A stretch of DNA of 64,000 nucleotides, taken from the human T2T-CHM13v2.0 reference genome, Homo sapiens. The notes beneath the pieces were generated by a model that saw only the letters and a list, made by a program, of their open reading frames with translations, searched no databases and had not been told where the DNA came from. Shown here in pieces: positions 27,351 to 41,479 of the stretch. Position numbers and translations under genes: made by a program. The number at the start of each line of letters is the position of its first letter. Position 1 is the stretch's first letter. The stretch is from the NCBI RefSeq assembly GCF_009914755.1, contig NC_060939.1; one strand, 5' to 3'.

Positions 27351-29105
27351 GAAAAGCCACAACCCCCGCCCCCCCGGGGTCCCGCTGGGTCGGACCGACC
27401 CCTACGCCTCCGCTGCTCCTCCCCGGTGGGAACGTCAGCAGCCATTCCAACGCCCAGGCTTCACCGTGGGGGAGGCTGGGGGAGCCGAGGCAAGGAAGTG
27501 AGGGCTAGATCTCTTTACTGGGCAACAGGCAAGGCCTGACGACAGCAGGGCTGGGCCAGTCTGGGGAGACACGCAGTGGGGCCAGTGTGACATTTGCGGA
27601 GTAAAACGTCGTCAAAATACATGCTTCGAGGTATGAAGTGTGAACTATCATGTTTGAAAAGAACCTGCTTCCCTGGGCTTTCTGGAGTCTTCCAAAGGTA
27701 TAGCAGCACCTTCGTGAGACACCGTCACAGCACAAGGCAGAACACAGAATTCGATATGTAACTGACATGTGTAATTGGCTTCAAGGAAGCTCAATATCAA
27801 GAAACACTTCTTGGTGTTTCTGATGTTATAGGCACTATGGACAAAGATTGTAATCCTGAAACCTTTGAAACTCCTCATAAAGGATTTGTTCATATGAAAC
27901 CTTCCTCCATTTGAATCTCCCCAGGCCCGTTGAAGTAGACACTATTATTCCCATCACACACGTGCAGAAACAGAGACTGAGAGATTCCGTGACCAGGCCA
28001 GGAAGCGGCCAGCTGAACTCAGACCACGCCTGCCAGCTGCTCTGCTCTGGGCTCTCCCTAAACACCACCCTGAGGTCCAAATCCCGTTCAGGGGCTCCAG
28101 TGTCTGTGGCAGCCTGGTCTCCTCCCGCCACCCTCCTGCTCCTCTCACTCAAGTCGCCTGGATAACGGGTCAGATTTGGTTTTCGTAACTGATCTGTGCC
28201 CCGATAGCTTATTCTGCAAGTTTTGGCAAAAGCACCACAGTTCTGACTAGACCTTCCTTGATCCTGTCTTGGCTTCAACTTTCAGGTTTCTGGGAAGGAC
28301 AGAACCAAAGCTGGGATTCCACAGAAGCACAGGGTAGAGTCAGGTGCACTGGGCTGAGCTCCAAAGAAAGCCAAGCCCTGTGGGAACTTCCTGAATGGCT
28401 CTGCCCCGGGGGCCTGCAAAAGTCCTGAGGAGCCAAGGCAATGCTTGGCTTATCATCTCCTCCTGGCAGTTTCAACACAAAGCTTTTGGTTAGCAAAGTT
28501 TTGTTTGTTTTTCTCGGGAAAAGTGTTGCTTAAGAAGAAGAAAGGAAGAATAGAAATGTACCTGCTGAGTTCGAAAGTCAGAAGAGTTTTCCCTTAGGGC
28601 CAGCCAACCCAATAGCAGCCCAGCTTTGCCTCCAGCGCAGCAACCCTGGATTCAGTGAATTCCAAATTCCTGGGTTCTGTAGAGGTCGCAGCCAATTTGA
28701 TTTTCCTCAGAGGCATGGAGGCAGGTCTCTACCAGCTTCTCCAGGCTGGAATTTTCCCAGAGAGCAAATGGACCAATTCCTAAAGGCTGTGGTAAAACAC
28801 ACACTTGCAGTGGCAGGTAGGGAGAGGGGAGAGGAGCCTGGGCTTCTGTGACAACCTACACAGGCTGCGTGAGAAATTTCATGTCCACCAGGTGCTGGTA
28901 AGACGCTGATGAGGGAGTCATCAGTCCCAGGTCTCCCAGCCCGTCACCGGTGCAGCCAGCGTGGGACCCAGGCTCCTCTGCCCCTGCATTCCCGTTCTTT
29001 AAATCACATCACTCTGTGGCCCCGAGTGCAGAGTGCCATACAGATTCGTTTCACACATTTGTTCTACCATCTCTGCAACTGCTGCTTGTTGGCTTTCTAT
29101 CATGA

Positions 29106-29428
<323 letters not shown>

Positions 29429-30063
29429 TTTAGTTTATATTTTATTTGGATACTACAAATGTTGACTATCTTGTGTTTACTGGTTATTTGTATGTTTTCT
29501 TTACGAATTGCTTTTCAGGATTTTGGCCTATTTAGTGATATTATTTAAATATTTCTTAGTGATCTGTAAGCACTCTACATTTTAAGGCTATAACACAGTA
29601 TAGCACTCTGTGATTATCTAACCTCTACAGTTGAGATATTAGACATAAAGGTGTCTGCCTGTGTATTAGAATTTTTTTATGCCAAATATTACTTTAATTT
29701 TACCCCTTGGAAAAATGACTTTTTAGCATATGGAGAATTCAGATGATCACTATTTACTGATTAGCAAGATTTAGTCAGAAAAATAGTTTGATTTATTAAA
29801 CAGCAGTTAAACCAATGGCAATTAGACCTGGGGGCCTCTGAGCCGGCCCTGGGAAGAATGAGGCCAATGAAAAAAGAACGCCTGGTTGCGACGTATATTC
29901 CTGGGGAGGACTGGAGAGTGGCTGGCCCCCACAAGCATAAAGAGGAGCTGGGACGGGTGGGGAGCAGTGCACGTTGAGCCTTGGTCCTGCAATGAATACG
30001 CTCCCCTTAAAGTGTGCTTGTCCCAAGAGAAAGACAACCCTCTACCCGTTCAATTCCCAATAT

Positions 30064-30958
30064 GCAGTGGTGCGCTGCAGCCGACCAGCACTGGCTTAAC
30101 GGAACTGATTGTGAACATTTTCAGAACCTTTGTGAGCTGGTTGTTAAACACAGTCTTTATTAAACATTAAATTATAGAAGCTTACAATTGAATAAATTAT
30201 ACTAAAAACAAAGGTAATGAATATTCACAAATTGCCCCTTCCTCATGATCTCACTATATTTTGTCATTATCTGTGCTTCAGGGTTACTCACATCTGTTCT
30301 ATCTACACAGGGGAAGCACTATCTCATGGTGGCTACTGGACCCCTCTTTTACCAACCCGTCTTCAGTGACGTCACGTGAGCAGCTTGAAATTGGCCATGG
30401 CGGGATATTCCCATATGGAAATCGACAAATGCTACAAACAAGGGCTGGGTTTACTGTTGATTTTCTGGGCTTAAGAAAGTGATGGAGAAAGCATTAATAC
30501 TGCAGGTATAACTTAAAAATGTTTCGTGTCTGTAGGTATTACACTGTGAACAGCTTACAAAACTGAAGAGATATTCTTTCAGTATTTGAAAATTATTTTC
30601 CAATTTAGCAAGGAAGTTGTTCCCATCCCTGGTGAGTGAATGAAGTTCTGACATATGTCTTTGTTGTTTCTGTGGCAAAAATATTACCCAATATTTACGC
30701 TGGAAAGACAACTGTTCATGCATGGCAGCCATCGGCTGGTTATGGAACCAGAATTCGGCAAAAATCAATGAAAGCAGTCTCTGAGAATCAACTGGCTAAA
30801 TGGAATTTATAATACAAGCAATGTATATTTTATTATTTGTAAATTGTTGGCTAACATCCTTTATATCAGTAAAATTTATAATGAACTTATGTGATATGTC
30901 AATATCTATAAATAATTTCCCCCAGAGCACTAGTTGTTAAATATTTACCAGCAAGCAG
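30064..30958. mobile_element. hAT DNA transposon (MER63-like)
   Basis: CAGTGGTGCGCTG start and GTTGTTAAATATTTACCAGCA end with characteristic internal sequence. Confidence 0.75.
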
Positions 30959-31089
30959 GACAATATAACTTCATGGGTGGTGGGAAAATGGGGACAGGAT
31001 GGGATGCCTCATATAACAGCCAAATAAACAGCCCTCTTAACTACCATGAAACAGAAGACTCAATTCAACTGAACATGTAAACAGGGCAG

Positions 31090-31290
31090 AGTGGGGACAG
31101 CAAACTAAGGCCAGGACCTACCGCCTATTTTATAAAGTGAGGTCAGAACACAGCACGGCCTCTCATTTACATAATTTCCATGGCTGTTTTACACTATAAT
31201 GGGAGAGTTGAGTAGTTGTCTCAGAGACCAGAAAACCTCAAACATTTACTATCTGACCCTTTACAGAAAAAGTTTTCCAACCCATGGGCT
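31090..31290. mobile_element. MER58A-like hAT-Charlie element
   Basis: GAGTTGAGTAGTTG..CAGAGACC...ATTTACTATCTGACCCTTTACAGAAAAAGTTT. Confidence 0.75.
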
Positions 31291-31358
31291 AGACAGAAGT
31301 GAAAAGGCCATCTGTGAATCACTTGAGTTTGTCCAAAATATTTTATAAATATTTTTCT

Positions 31359-31360
<2 letters not shown>

Positions 31361-31392
<32 letters not shown>

Positions 31393-31650
31393 GACGGGGT
31401 CTCACTCTGTCGCCCAGGCTGGAGTGCAGTGGTGCAATCTCAGCTCACTGCAAGCTCTGCCTCCCGGGTTCATGCCATTCTCCTGCCTCAGCCTCCTGAG
31501 TAGCTGGGACTACAGGTGGCCGCCACCGCGCCCGGCTAATTTTTTGTATTTTTAGTAGAGACGGGGTTTCACCGTGTTAGCCAGGATGGTCTTGGATCTC
31601 CTGACCTCGTGATCCACCTGCCTTGGCCTCCCAAAGTGCTGAGATTACAG
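31361..31650 (-). mobile_element. Alu (Y-like), 5'-truncated, with TSD AATATTTTTCTAATTTT
   Basis: Antisense Alu; flank duplicated at ~31348 and ~31652. Confidence 0.94.
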
Positions 31651-32173
31651 GAATATTTTTCTAATTTTATGATGTTTTCTGCCAGACAGAAATTTCTAAT
31701 TTTATGTGTATGCATCAAGATAATTATTTTCTTTCCAAATGGTTGGCCAATTATCAATAACTCTTATTCAACACTTCAGTCTTTTCCCACCAGTTTAAAA
31801 CGCTATCCTTAGCATATCTCTGTGGCTTTATTAACGGACTATCCGTACTGTTCCCTTGATCGGTCTATTCCAGCACCAGTGCCAGATCATTTTATTATAG
31901 ATAAAAAACACAGTTAAACACCTGCATTCATTTTTTCAGAATTTCTCTAGCTATTATCTGTGCCCATTCTTTCAGAATAGGTTTTCCTTGCATTCCTTTA
32001 ATTTTGTTGCGATGTTGATGAGGACTGTGTTAAAGTGACGGCTAACCCTTCTTTGTGAAGAAGAGATATCTCAGTGATACTGAATCCTCCCATTCAGGAA
32101 CATAGTCTATAGGAAAAACCCTTAAAACCAAGCATCTATTCCAAGTACCTATTGCATTTCAAATGTTCTACTG

Positions 32174-32700
32174 CAGTAGTTCCCAACCTTTTTGGCACAA
32201 GGAATCAGTTTATTGGAAGACAATTCTTCCACAGCTGGGGATCCGGTGGGGAGCAGTGGGGATGGTTTCGGGGTGATTCAAGCACATGACAATCATTGTG
32301 TACTTTATTTCTATCATTATTACATTGTAAAACATAAGGAAATAACTATACAACTCATCATAATGTAGAATCAGTGGGAGCCCTGAGCTTCTTTCCCTGC
32401 GACTAGACGGTCCCGTCTGGGGGTGATGGGAGACAGTGACAGATCATCAGGCATTAGATTCTCATAAGGAGCGTGCAACCTAGATCCCTGGCACGTGCAG
32501 TTCACAATGGGGTTCGCACTCCTATGAGAATCTAGTGCCTTTGCCGATGTGACAGGAGGTAGAGTTCAGGCAGAAGTGGGAGTGACAGGGAGCAGCTGTA
32601 AACACACATGAAGTGTTTGCTGGCCGCTCACCTCCTGCTGTGTAGTCTAGTCCCTAATAGTCCATGGACCATGGACCGGTAGGTGGGATGGGGACCCCTG
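32174..32700. mobile_element. MER1A-like hAT-Charlie element
   Basis: CCCAACCTTTTTGGCAC...GCATTAGATTCTCATAAGGAGC...GGGGACCCCTG. Confidence 0.85.
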
Positions 32701-33383
32701 CTCTTGTGGACTGGTCAAAGCAAGTTCTCAGAAGGCCTGCTGCTCTCTTGGATTTCAGCCAAGTGAGGCAGCCTCTCAGCAGCAACATTCCTCAACACCC
32801 CGACCCTGGCTGGCACCCAGCAGAGGCTCCCAGCTTTTAATATTTCATTTAATTTTTATCTTCTAATTACAACACTTTAAACAAAAAAATCCAACCAGAA
32901 ATATCCTGAAGCCAGACACATGAAAACCACTGGCCACAGGGCTAAAGAGATCAGATCAACTATGGGCTGCCTGTACTGCCTTGGAGAGGCTTGGAGACCT
33001 CACCAGGTTGGGTTGAGGTGAGGGTGGCCCTGAGCTTGGAAGACGGCCCTGACGCCAGGCTCTGCCCCTTCCAGGCAGGTGAGCTCAGTCAGGCTCTGGG
33101 TGGAGGAGCTTGGACTCAGCTCCCTCTTCCACAAAAGGAGAATCTAAACACTCACAATAAGAGAATCATGTTCATGCTGGTAAGGCTCAGCACTTCTCGG
33201 GCACTGTTTCGTTTAATCCTCCCACCATCCCTGGGCAGAGGACAGGTTGGAGGCTCGGAGCATGGAAATGGCCTGCCGAGGTCCGCAATGACCAGTGGTG
33301 GAAGATGGATCTGAGAAGCAGGCCGCTCTAGAGCTCAGCCTTGTGTTACACTGGGTCTTGAAAAGGAAGCATAAGCCAATATG

Positions 33384-33612
33384 CACCACACACATACACA
33401 CACCCACATATCCACATGCACACACACACAGATACATGTACAAGTATACACATATACCTAATGCCCACATATACACACATACATATCCACATAGACATGC
33501 ACATGGACACACAGATACATACAAGCCCACATACACACATACATACTTATACACAATACTCTCCCTCACACATGCACACATATATACACCCAAGCACACA
33601 CTCCCATACACA
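33384..33612. repeat. Degenerate (CA/TA)-rich low-complexity tract (similar tract at ~19330-19455)
   Basis: Direct reading. Confidence 0.9.
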
Positions 33613-35603
33613 CGTCCAGTAACTGTCTAGAGCACCTTCAGTCAAACGTAAAAGAAACTACGTGTCTTTTTACACTTTAAACAAAGTGTAAAATCCCTGT
33701 CTCTACGTGTCCCACGGCACATTGAGCATTTACTCCTCACAAGTGAAGAACTGAAGTGTATTTGCTGTAAAGCAATGAAATCTTTACATCGTTAAATTTA
33801 CTTGTGCCATGTAAATCTCTCAGACAGTCTTGCATTCTGACCTCTTCGGAAGAAATGTTTCCCATACATGTGCTTTTAAAAACTCTTCACGTAATGGAAA
33901 TTCTCAAATAAACATAAAATGGAGAAAACAGTACAATGAGTCCCCGTGCCCCATCACACAGTCCCAAGAATCCCCAACCTTTTCTCAATCTGGTTTCGCC
34001 CACCCTCTTCCTACTCTCCCACTCCTCACCCCCACCCTCTGGAATAGTTTAAAGTACAAATCATAGGCATCGTGGTCATGTCTTCATTTGTAAATACCAT
34101 GATATGCATCACTAGCAAGAATAACTTTTCCTGAAACTTTAATTCCTTATTATCATCTACCCTGATTCTATACTGATTTGTAACAGCGAGATAAAATAGC
34201 ACCCAGTGCCTGCTGGAGAACACGTAGGTGCTAATCATCATCCTATTCCTCTCTCGTTCTTTTGATAAATTGGACTTCTTTCCTAGATTGGTGGGAATCT
34301 GGAAATAATGCTGTTGAAATAATCTGGAAAAACACAGCACATGTGGGTTGCTGCTCTTTTGGAAACAGATGAAAGATCAGAGAAAAAAGAAATTTTAATC
34401 AGGGAGAAAGTGAATTCTCAGAGTTCAAGAGTGACACAGGATTTTTTAAAGTGCCATCAATTGTCTCAGACAGTCTATTTATTACTATGTGAATACCAAG
34501 TACGTAAAACCCTTTGGAACCATGAAATAAGATACATGGTGTCAATTATAGAGAGAAGATTGGAAAGCATGCCTGATTATTTTTTCTATTTAGACATTGA
34601 TGTCTCACAATTCTCCCTGGCAGGGGAAGACTGTGGGAGGTGCCCCAGCACCTTAGGTAGGCTCCTGGTTACAAAGGGAGGGCTAGGCCAACTCAGTAAA
34701 GTTTGGGCCCTGTACATAGCCCTGGTCAAACTGCCTGCAGGGCACACTCAGCTGGGCTCTTGGGGTGGAAGAAGTGAAGAACAAGGAAACACCCCTCACA
34801 CCCATGCCTACCCAGCAGACCCGGCATGGGGCAGGTGTGCAGACAAGGTAAGTGTGTGCTGCATGAACAGGAGAACACCATGCAGATGCCCCTTAGTGCT
34901 GACAAAGCCAAGCTCGATTCCTGCAGAGCACTTTGCATGCATCCGGCATGCCCATGGGGGCCCCAGGTCATGAGGAGGTGCAGGGACCTTCCTGCACCTG
35001 AGGGTGCCGAGCGGGATGTGGCCCTGGGTGGGGAGGCTGGCCTGACCTTGGCAGGTGCACAGGCTCTGCCTTGTCGTTCAGGTGCAACCACCAACGTAGG
35101 CTCCGAGGCAAGAAGGGCGGGCTGGGAAGGCTCCTCTCTTCAGTGACTTGGTCTGGGTCTCACTTCTGCACAGCCCTATCTTACAGGAGAGGAGACCCAG
35201 CGCAGAGGCCAGAGAGACAGGAAAAGCGGAGGCAGGAGGATCCAACCCCAGGCCTGTCTGATGTCTGACGTGGGAGAATGAAGCATACATGTTTCTCAGA
35301 GAATAGACACTTTCTGCATTCTGGGTCCAAACTTAAAATCTCGGGCATTTTGGATGGCAACTCTCTTAAATGCAGCCAAACTTCTCCGACAGATGTTCTG
35401 CAGGACGAGCCATCGCCCCAGCTCTGCCTGCACCGTTGCCAGCTCCGTTCGTAGCCTTGCAGGCTCTGTGCGTAACGGCTGGAGTAGCAAGCTCACCCAC
35501 GGTGGAAGCTGCCCCCTCTTCCACACCCACACTGTGCACTGCAGGGGCAAGGTCCTAGTGTTCCCAAATCTGGAGCTAAGTAGAGTTCAATAAAGGTGTG
35601 CTG

Positions 35604-36118
<515 letters not shown>

Positions 36119-39049
36119 CTACTCAACCTTTAAAAATGGCTTTAAAACTAATTACCTAAGCCACGTTCAATCTGACAGGAGGTATTATTGGAGCTAGCGC
36201 ATCAGTCAGATCACTTAATTACTTCATAAATCCTGGGTCTTAGCATAGATTTTAAAGCACTTTTACACAGAACACCATTGGAGCAGTTTTTTTCTTTTCA
36301 TTTTCTTTTAAAGCAATTAACTTGCAGAGATTTGCAGGAGATTGAAATGAACACCACAGAAACGAAGCACCCTGCCCCAAGCACAGGTTCTTGGAATGCC
36401 TGTAGAGAAGTGAGGACTGCCTGCTTTTCTGGTCTACGCGTGTGTGTGTGCTGCACTGTGCCTGGCACTGAGGCTGGTGGTGACTGTGCACTCACAGGCC
36501 ACCCTCACCAGACAACCAGGGAGTGGAAGATCCTGCCCATTTGAGATCAGTTCATACCTCGGCATCGACGAGGCTGACAGGCAGCTGACTCGATGCTGAC
36601 GATGCTGACCAGACCTGCATTTTCCTGGCTGACCAGCCCTGCATTTTCCCGGCCTCTAGAGCTCTGAATCCTGGAGCTAGAGGGCAACCTAGGTCTTCTC
36701 TGTCACCTTCCCAGGCTGAGGTCCCCAACAGGCACTATCAGCTTGACCTGAACATTCAGTGCTGGGGCTGGTCCTGCCTCCCTGTGTACACAATAGCGTC
36801 ATAGCGTGCAGGCAGGCTGGGCTTCCCTCTCCACCCATGCACTGATGAGAAGCCTCGGCCAGCGGCCGTCCTGCCCACCTGGCGTGGCCTCACAGGCATG
36901 CTCTGGGGGTAGGTCTTATTGCGAACAATGCCTACGTTGGGTCCCGGGTCTTTGGGCACAGCATAACCAGTGCCTTGGTGAGCTCTGGGTAGACACGGAT
37001 TTTCACCCTTCCTCCTAGGGGGTGCTTCCTGGCTCTCTGGTGGTTGATAGAGATCTTCTCAGACTCTCCTCCACACCTCAATGCCCGTCCACTGCAGGCC
37101 CCCATCCACACTGACGCCTTCTGTGGGCACCAGAGCATCCTCCCAGAGGCAGCAGGCCCTTTCCTTATGTCGGCCTGGCCAGGAAGCTCCCACCTCTGCT
37201 CTGCACTCATGGAAGGGCCCAGACCTGCCCCTGGAAGGAGGGGAGTTAGGGCAGGTCATCGCTGAGGACTGTCTCGGCCTGACATCCCCGTCGCTTGCCC
37301 AGTGGATCGGGTGGGGAAGCCTGGCTCGTCACTGCTGAGCCCCTCTGTGGTCCCTCCCAGGGCCTGGGGAGCAAGGCCAGCCCTGAGAAGTCTCACCCCT
37401 GGGGGTAGGCGGAGTAAGGCAGGTCATATGTGGGCAATGCCTGGCACTTCATTCTACAAAAGGACAGCCGTACCCTTGGGGCAGTCGCCATCTCCTAATG
37501 GCCTGTATTTTCTATGCTACTAAGATAAAAAAAAACAAAGTGACACTGGGGAACTCCTGAGAATCTGGCCTTAGGCAGACCCTTCCTCACAAGCCCTTCC
37601 TTGTTTCTTTCAGCCGGAAATCCCTGTTTGCTCCACTGAACTTGGGGCACTCCTCTGGGTCACTGGTGGCCCTTGGGCCCTTGTGCATGGTACTATTGGT
37701 TCCTGAAATCCGAAATGTTCCCAACTAGCCTGTGGGCTCCTCAGGGGCAGGAACTGTGTCTTGGAGCCTCTCTGTGCCCGAGCACTGGCATAGCATCTGG
37801 CACATGGCAGGACCTCTGCAAAATGCATCGGAGACATGTCTGTTAGGATACGCAGACCTCCCATTTTGACATTTCAGGAACAGCCGGAAGAGGTACCATT
37901 CATCTGGAGGCTGAAGAGGGCTTATCCTGGATCAACCTCAAAAGCACTGGGCCCATACGCCAACCTGGAAAGGGCCGCTTGGCCTTTGTTTGAGCCCCTC
38001 TGACCCCTTTTGGCTTCACTCCATCACTCCCTTCCCTCACCCTGGGAGGATCCAGCCGCCATGCTGAACAACAAGCTCAGAGGCTGGCCCTGGAATGAAG
38101 TGAGCAGGGCAGGTTGGGGAGACTCAGTTGCAACTGCAGTGTCCCATGTGAGGGCCACATGGATTTCCACTGTGGAGAGATGCTGGTGGGACCCAGGCTC
38201 CCAGGCTAGCTCTCACTGTGCTTGGGGAGGATGCACAGAGCCTGTGGGTGACAGGAAGGCGCCCGTCCTCCCCACACACAGCAGGGAGGGCTTGCCGTGC
38301 GTCAGCTGTGGCAGGACGCATGCCTGTACTTGCTGTTTCTGGACCACATTCAGGAGTGGCAGTTGTCTACAGGGTAAAGCTTGCATGGAATGAACTGACT
38401 CCAGACGCCCTTGCAGGAATGTGCATACTCTCTGTGATGACACTGGAGAATGTGTCCCCGCCCCCCAAATTCCAGTAGGCCCTAGAAGGTCAGAGCTGGA
38501 AGGTACCACAAGGTGTTTATTCTGCACCCGTCTCAACCTTCTGAAAGCAAAGATCCAGTTTCTACCCACGCTGAGGGGTGGAGATCGACCTGTGTCAAGA
38601 CTTCATTTGGGGCTACCCTCAGGAAGTATTTCTTGTATCCACTAATCCTGTGTCCTCTGTAGCACACAGAGCATCTGGTCATGTGGTGGTTACAGAGGGT
38701 TCCAACTGGACTAATTAATCCGCCAACACCTATTGTGCACCTATCATACACCATGCAGCAGGAGGCTCTCAGGGCACAGCAGGACCGGAAGGAAGGAAGG
38801 CTGCAGATGGCAAGCCCATCAGTGCTAAGGCCAAGGCCAGAGCTGCTGAGTGCCATGCAGGCAGCAAGCAGGGAGCTGATATGGCAGCATCTGGCTGGGC
38901 AGGAAGCAGTGTGGCAGGTGCACAGGTGTGCAGGGCATGCGGTTCCGTGCTGTGCACCACTGCAAGCCTAAAGCTCGCTCAGCACCCACACGCAACAGGC
39001 TCCAAACGTGTGAATCACTGTTATATAAACAGATCTCCTTCCATTGCTC

Positions 39050-40270
39050 ATACAGCTTGAAAGGCTGACGATACTTAATATACCTAATCCGAATTTGGAT
39101 TTCTAGCTCAGTCTTCCCTCTCACCTCCAGGTACATATCTCTGCCTGGACTTGTGTAAGTATCTTTGATTTAACCCACCCAAATCCAAGCTCCTGATCTT
39201 CTCTCCAGCATCTTCCCCCCCTGCAATGTTCCAGATCTAGGAAACTAGGACTCCATTCTTCTACTGTGCAGGACAAAAACTCTGAAGTCATCCATGCCCC
39301 CTCTCTCCTCTCACAGCCCACATCTGATCCATCTACACATCTCTCGACCCTGCTTTCAGAATCTGACTGCTTCATACACTCCACTGATGCTGCCCCGTCG
39401 GAGTCACCTTCACCTGATATTGCAATGACCTTCTAACTGGCTTCCCCGCCTTTGTTCCTCTCCCACCCTCACTTCCGTCTATTCTGACCAGCTGTCAGCC
39501 TATTAACACAGAAGTTCAGATCACCTCTGTCCTCTGCCTAAAATCTCTCAGTGACTTCCAACCAAGTCCCTGTGAGGGCTGACAAAGCCCAGTGCGATCT
39601 GGTCCCTATGCTCTCAATGCCTGGTCCTGTCCTATTCTGCTCCTCTTCCCACTGCCCCCTGCAGCCTCGGGGGCCTCTCTGCTGTGCCTGGAACACACCA
39701 GACACACTCCTGCCCGGGGGCCTTAGCATCCCCTGGAACACACCAGACACACTCCTGCCCGGGGGCCTTAGCATCCCCTGGAACACACCAGGCACACTCC
39801 TGCCCGGGGGCCTTAGCATCCCCTGGAACACACCAGGCACACTCCTGCCCAGGGGCCTTAGCATCCCCTGGAACACACCAGGCACACTCCTGCCCGGGGG
39901 CCTTAGCATCCCCTGGAACACACCAGGCACACTCCTGCCCGGGGGCCTCAGCATCCCCTGAACGCTTTGCTTGGAATGCCCTTTTCCCAGATGTCTGCAG
40001 AGCTCACCCCCTCATCTTCTTTGAGCTTTACTCAAATGTCCCTTCCCTGAGGCCTTCCCGGTACACCCTGAAATGCCCTTGTCACCCTGCCCTGCTTCAT
40101 TTTTCTCCTTAGAGCTTCTCATCATCTAATGGACAACAGCTTCCTGCCTGGTAATCTTGTTTCACGGCCTCCTCTGCCTTCCAGAATGTAAGCTTAGCAT
40201 CTGTTTTGTTCACCAGTGCATCCCCAGTGCTTAGAACTTGGTAAATGCTCAATAAGTATCTGTTGAGTGA
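39050..40270. mobile_element. L2 3' remnant hosting the 45-bp minisatellite
   Basis: L2-like motifs, ending TGTAAGCT...GTGCTTAGAAC...TGCTCAATAAGTATCTGTTGAGTGAA. Confidence 0.75.
39687..39960. repeat. 45-bp minisatellite, 6 copies of CCTGGAACACACCAG(A/G)CACACTCCTGCCCGGGGGCCTTAGCATCC
   Basis: Direct reading; 15-aa periodic ORFs. Confidence 0.96.
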
Positions 40271-41175
40271 AGGCTGTGTTCTTGGAGGGGAGTATTCTTT
40301 GAATAAACTGATGAATTCCACTTCCTAATGTTTTATTTAAGACTTCCGTATCCCTATTCAAATTTGCCTATAGTTCTTTCTCTCTCTTTTTTTTTTTTTT
40401 TTGGCATATTGATCAATTTCTCTTCACTCTTATTTCCCTCTAGTGATCTGGAAGGTTGGCATCCTGTTTTAAATCTTGATTATCTCTCTATTATAGGAAG
40501 ATATTTGAGTTTATATGTCTCTATCAGTGCTAAGAGTAAGACATAATCCATCACCCCTCCCACTAAATGTGGAATCAGAATCTCAGCAAATTTTTATTCC
40601 TCCCCATTCTCATCCCCTGCCTTTATGTTTCTGTAGGAGTGTAAGGTGGGAGAGTGGGTAGGACATCCACCACAGGCATTCAGATAAGACCCCTCCATGA
40701 GGCCAGGTCTGAGCTGCAGCCATGGGAAGCCCTAGGGACAGCTGTCCCCAAGGAGGGAGCAGCACGTGCCAAGGCCCCATGGAGGTAAGACCAGGCATGT
40801 TAGGGGAACAGAACGGAGGTCAATGATGAGGCGCAGGAAATGATTCACGGTGGAGAGGTGCTAGCAGGATGTGCAGGTCAGGCTAAGAGATTTGGGTTTT
40901 GCTCTAAGAGCTGTGGGAGGTCATTAAAGTTAGCAGGGGTGCATCATTTTCTGAATTATATTTTAAAAGGATCATTGGATGCTGGGTGGAGAGTGGCTCT
41001 AGCCAGTAGGGGTTGAGGCAGGGGGGCCAGTGGAATGAGGAGGTAAGACACTATAGGGGACTGAACTGAGGCAGTGGGCAGACTGAGATATATTCTGGAA
41101 GCAGATGGTGAAGGAGACAAAGAAGAATTAAAGGTTCACTCCTGGGATTTGGCCAAGCAATGGAGTGCAAGGTGA

Positions 41176-41479
<304 letters not shown>

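Noticed and set aside
33213-33630. His/Thr- and Cys/Val-rich ORFs
   Set aside because: Translation of a (CA)-rich low-complexity tract
35296-35550. Helical-looking 84-aa minus-strand ORF (LRTELATVQAELGRW...)
   Set aside because: No family recognised and no convincing splice signals linking it to PCSK6
36590-36655. Small tandem duplications (also 15644-15669, 24800-24825, 51235-51272)
   Set aside because: Two- to four-copy slippage duplications with no supporting context
39538-40112. Periodic ORFs over the 45-bp repeat
   Set aside because: By-product of a stop-free tandem repeat
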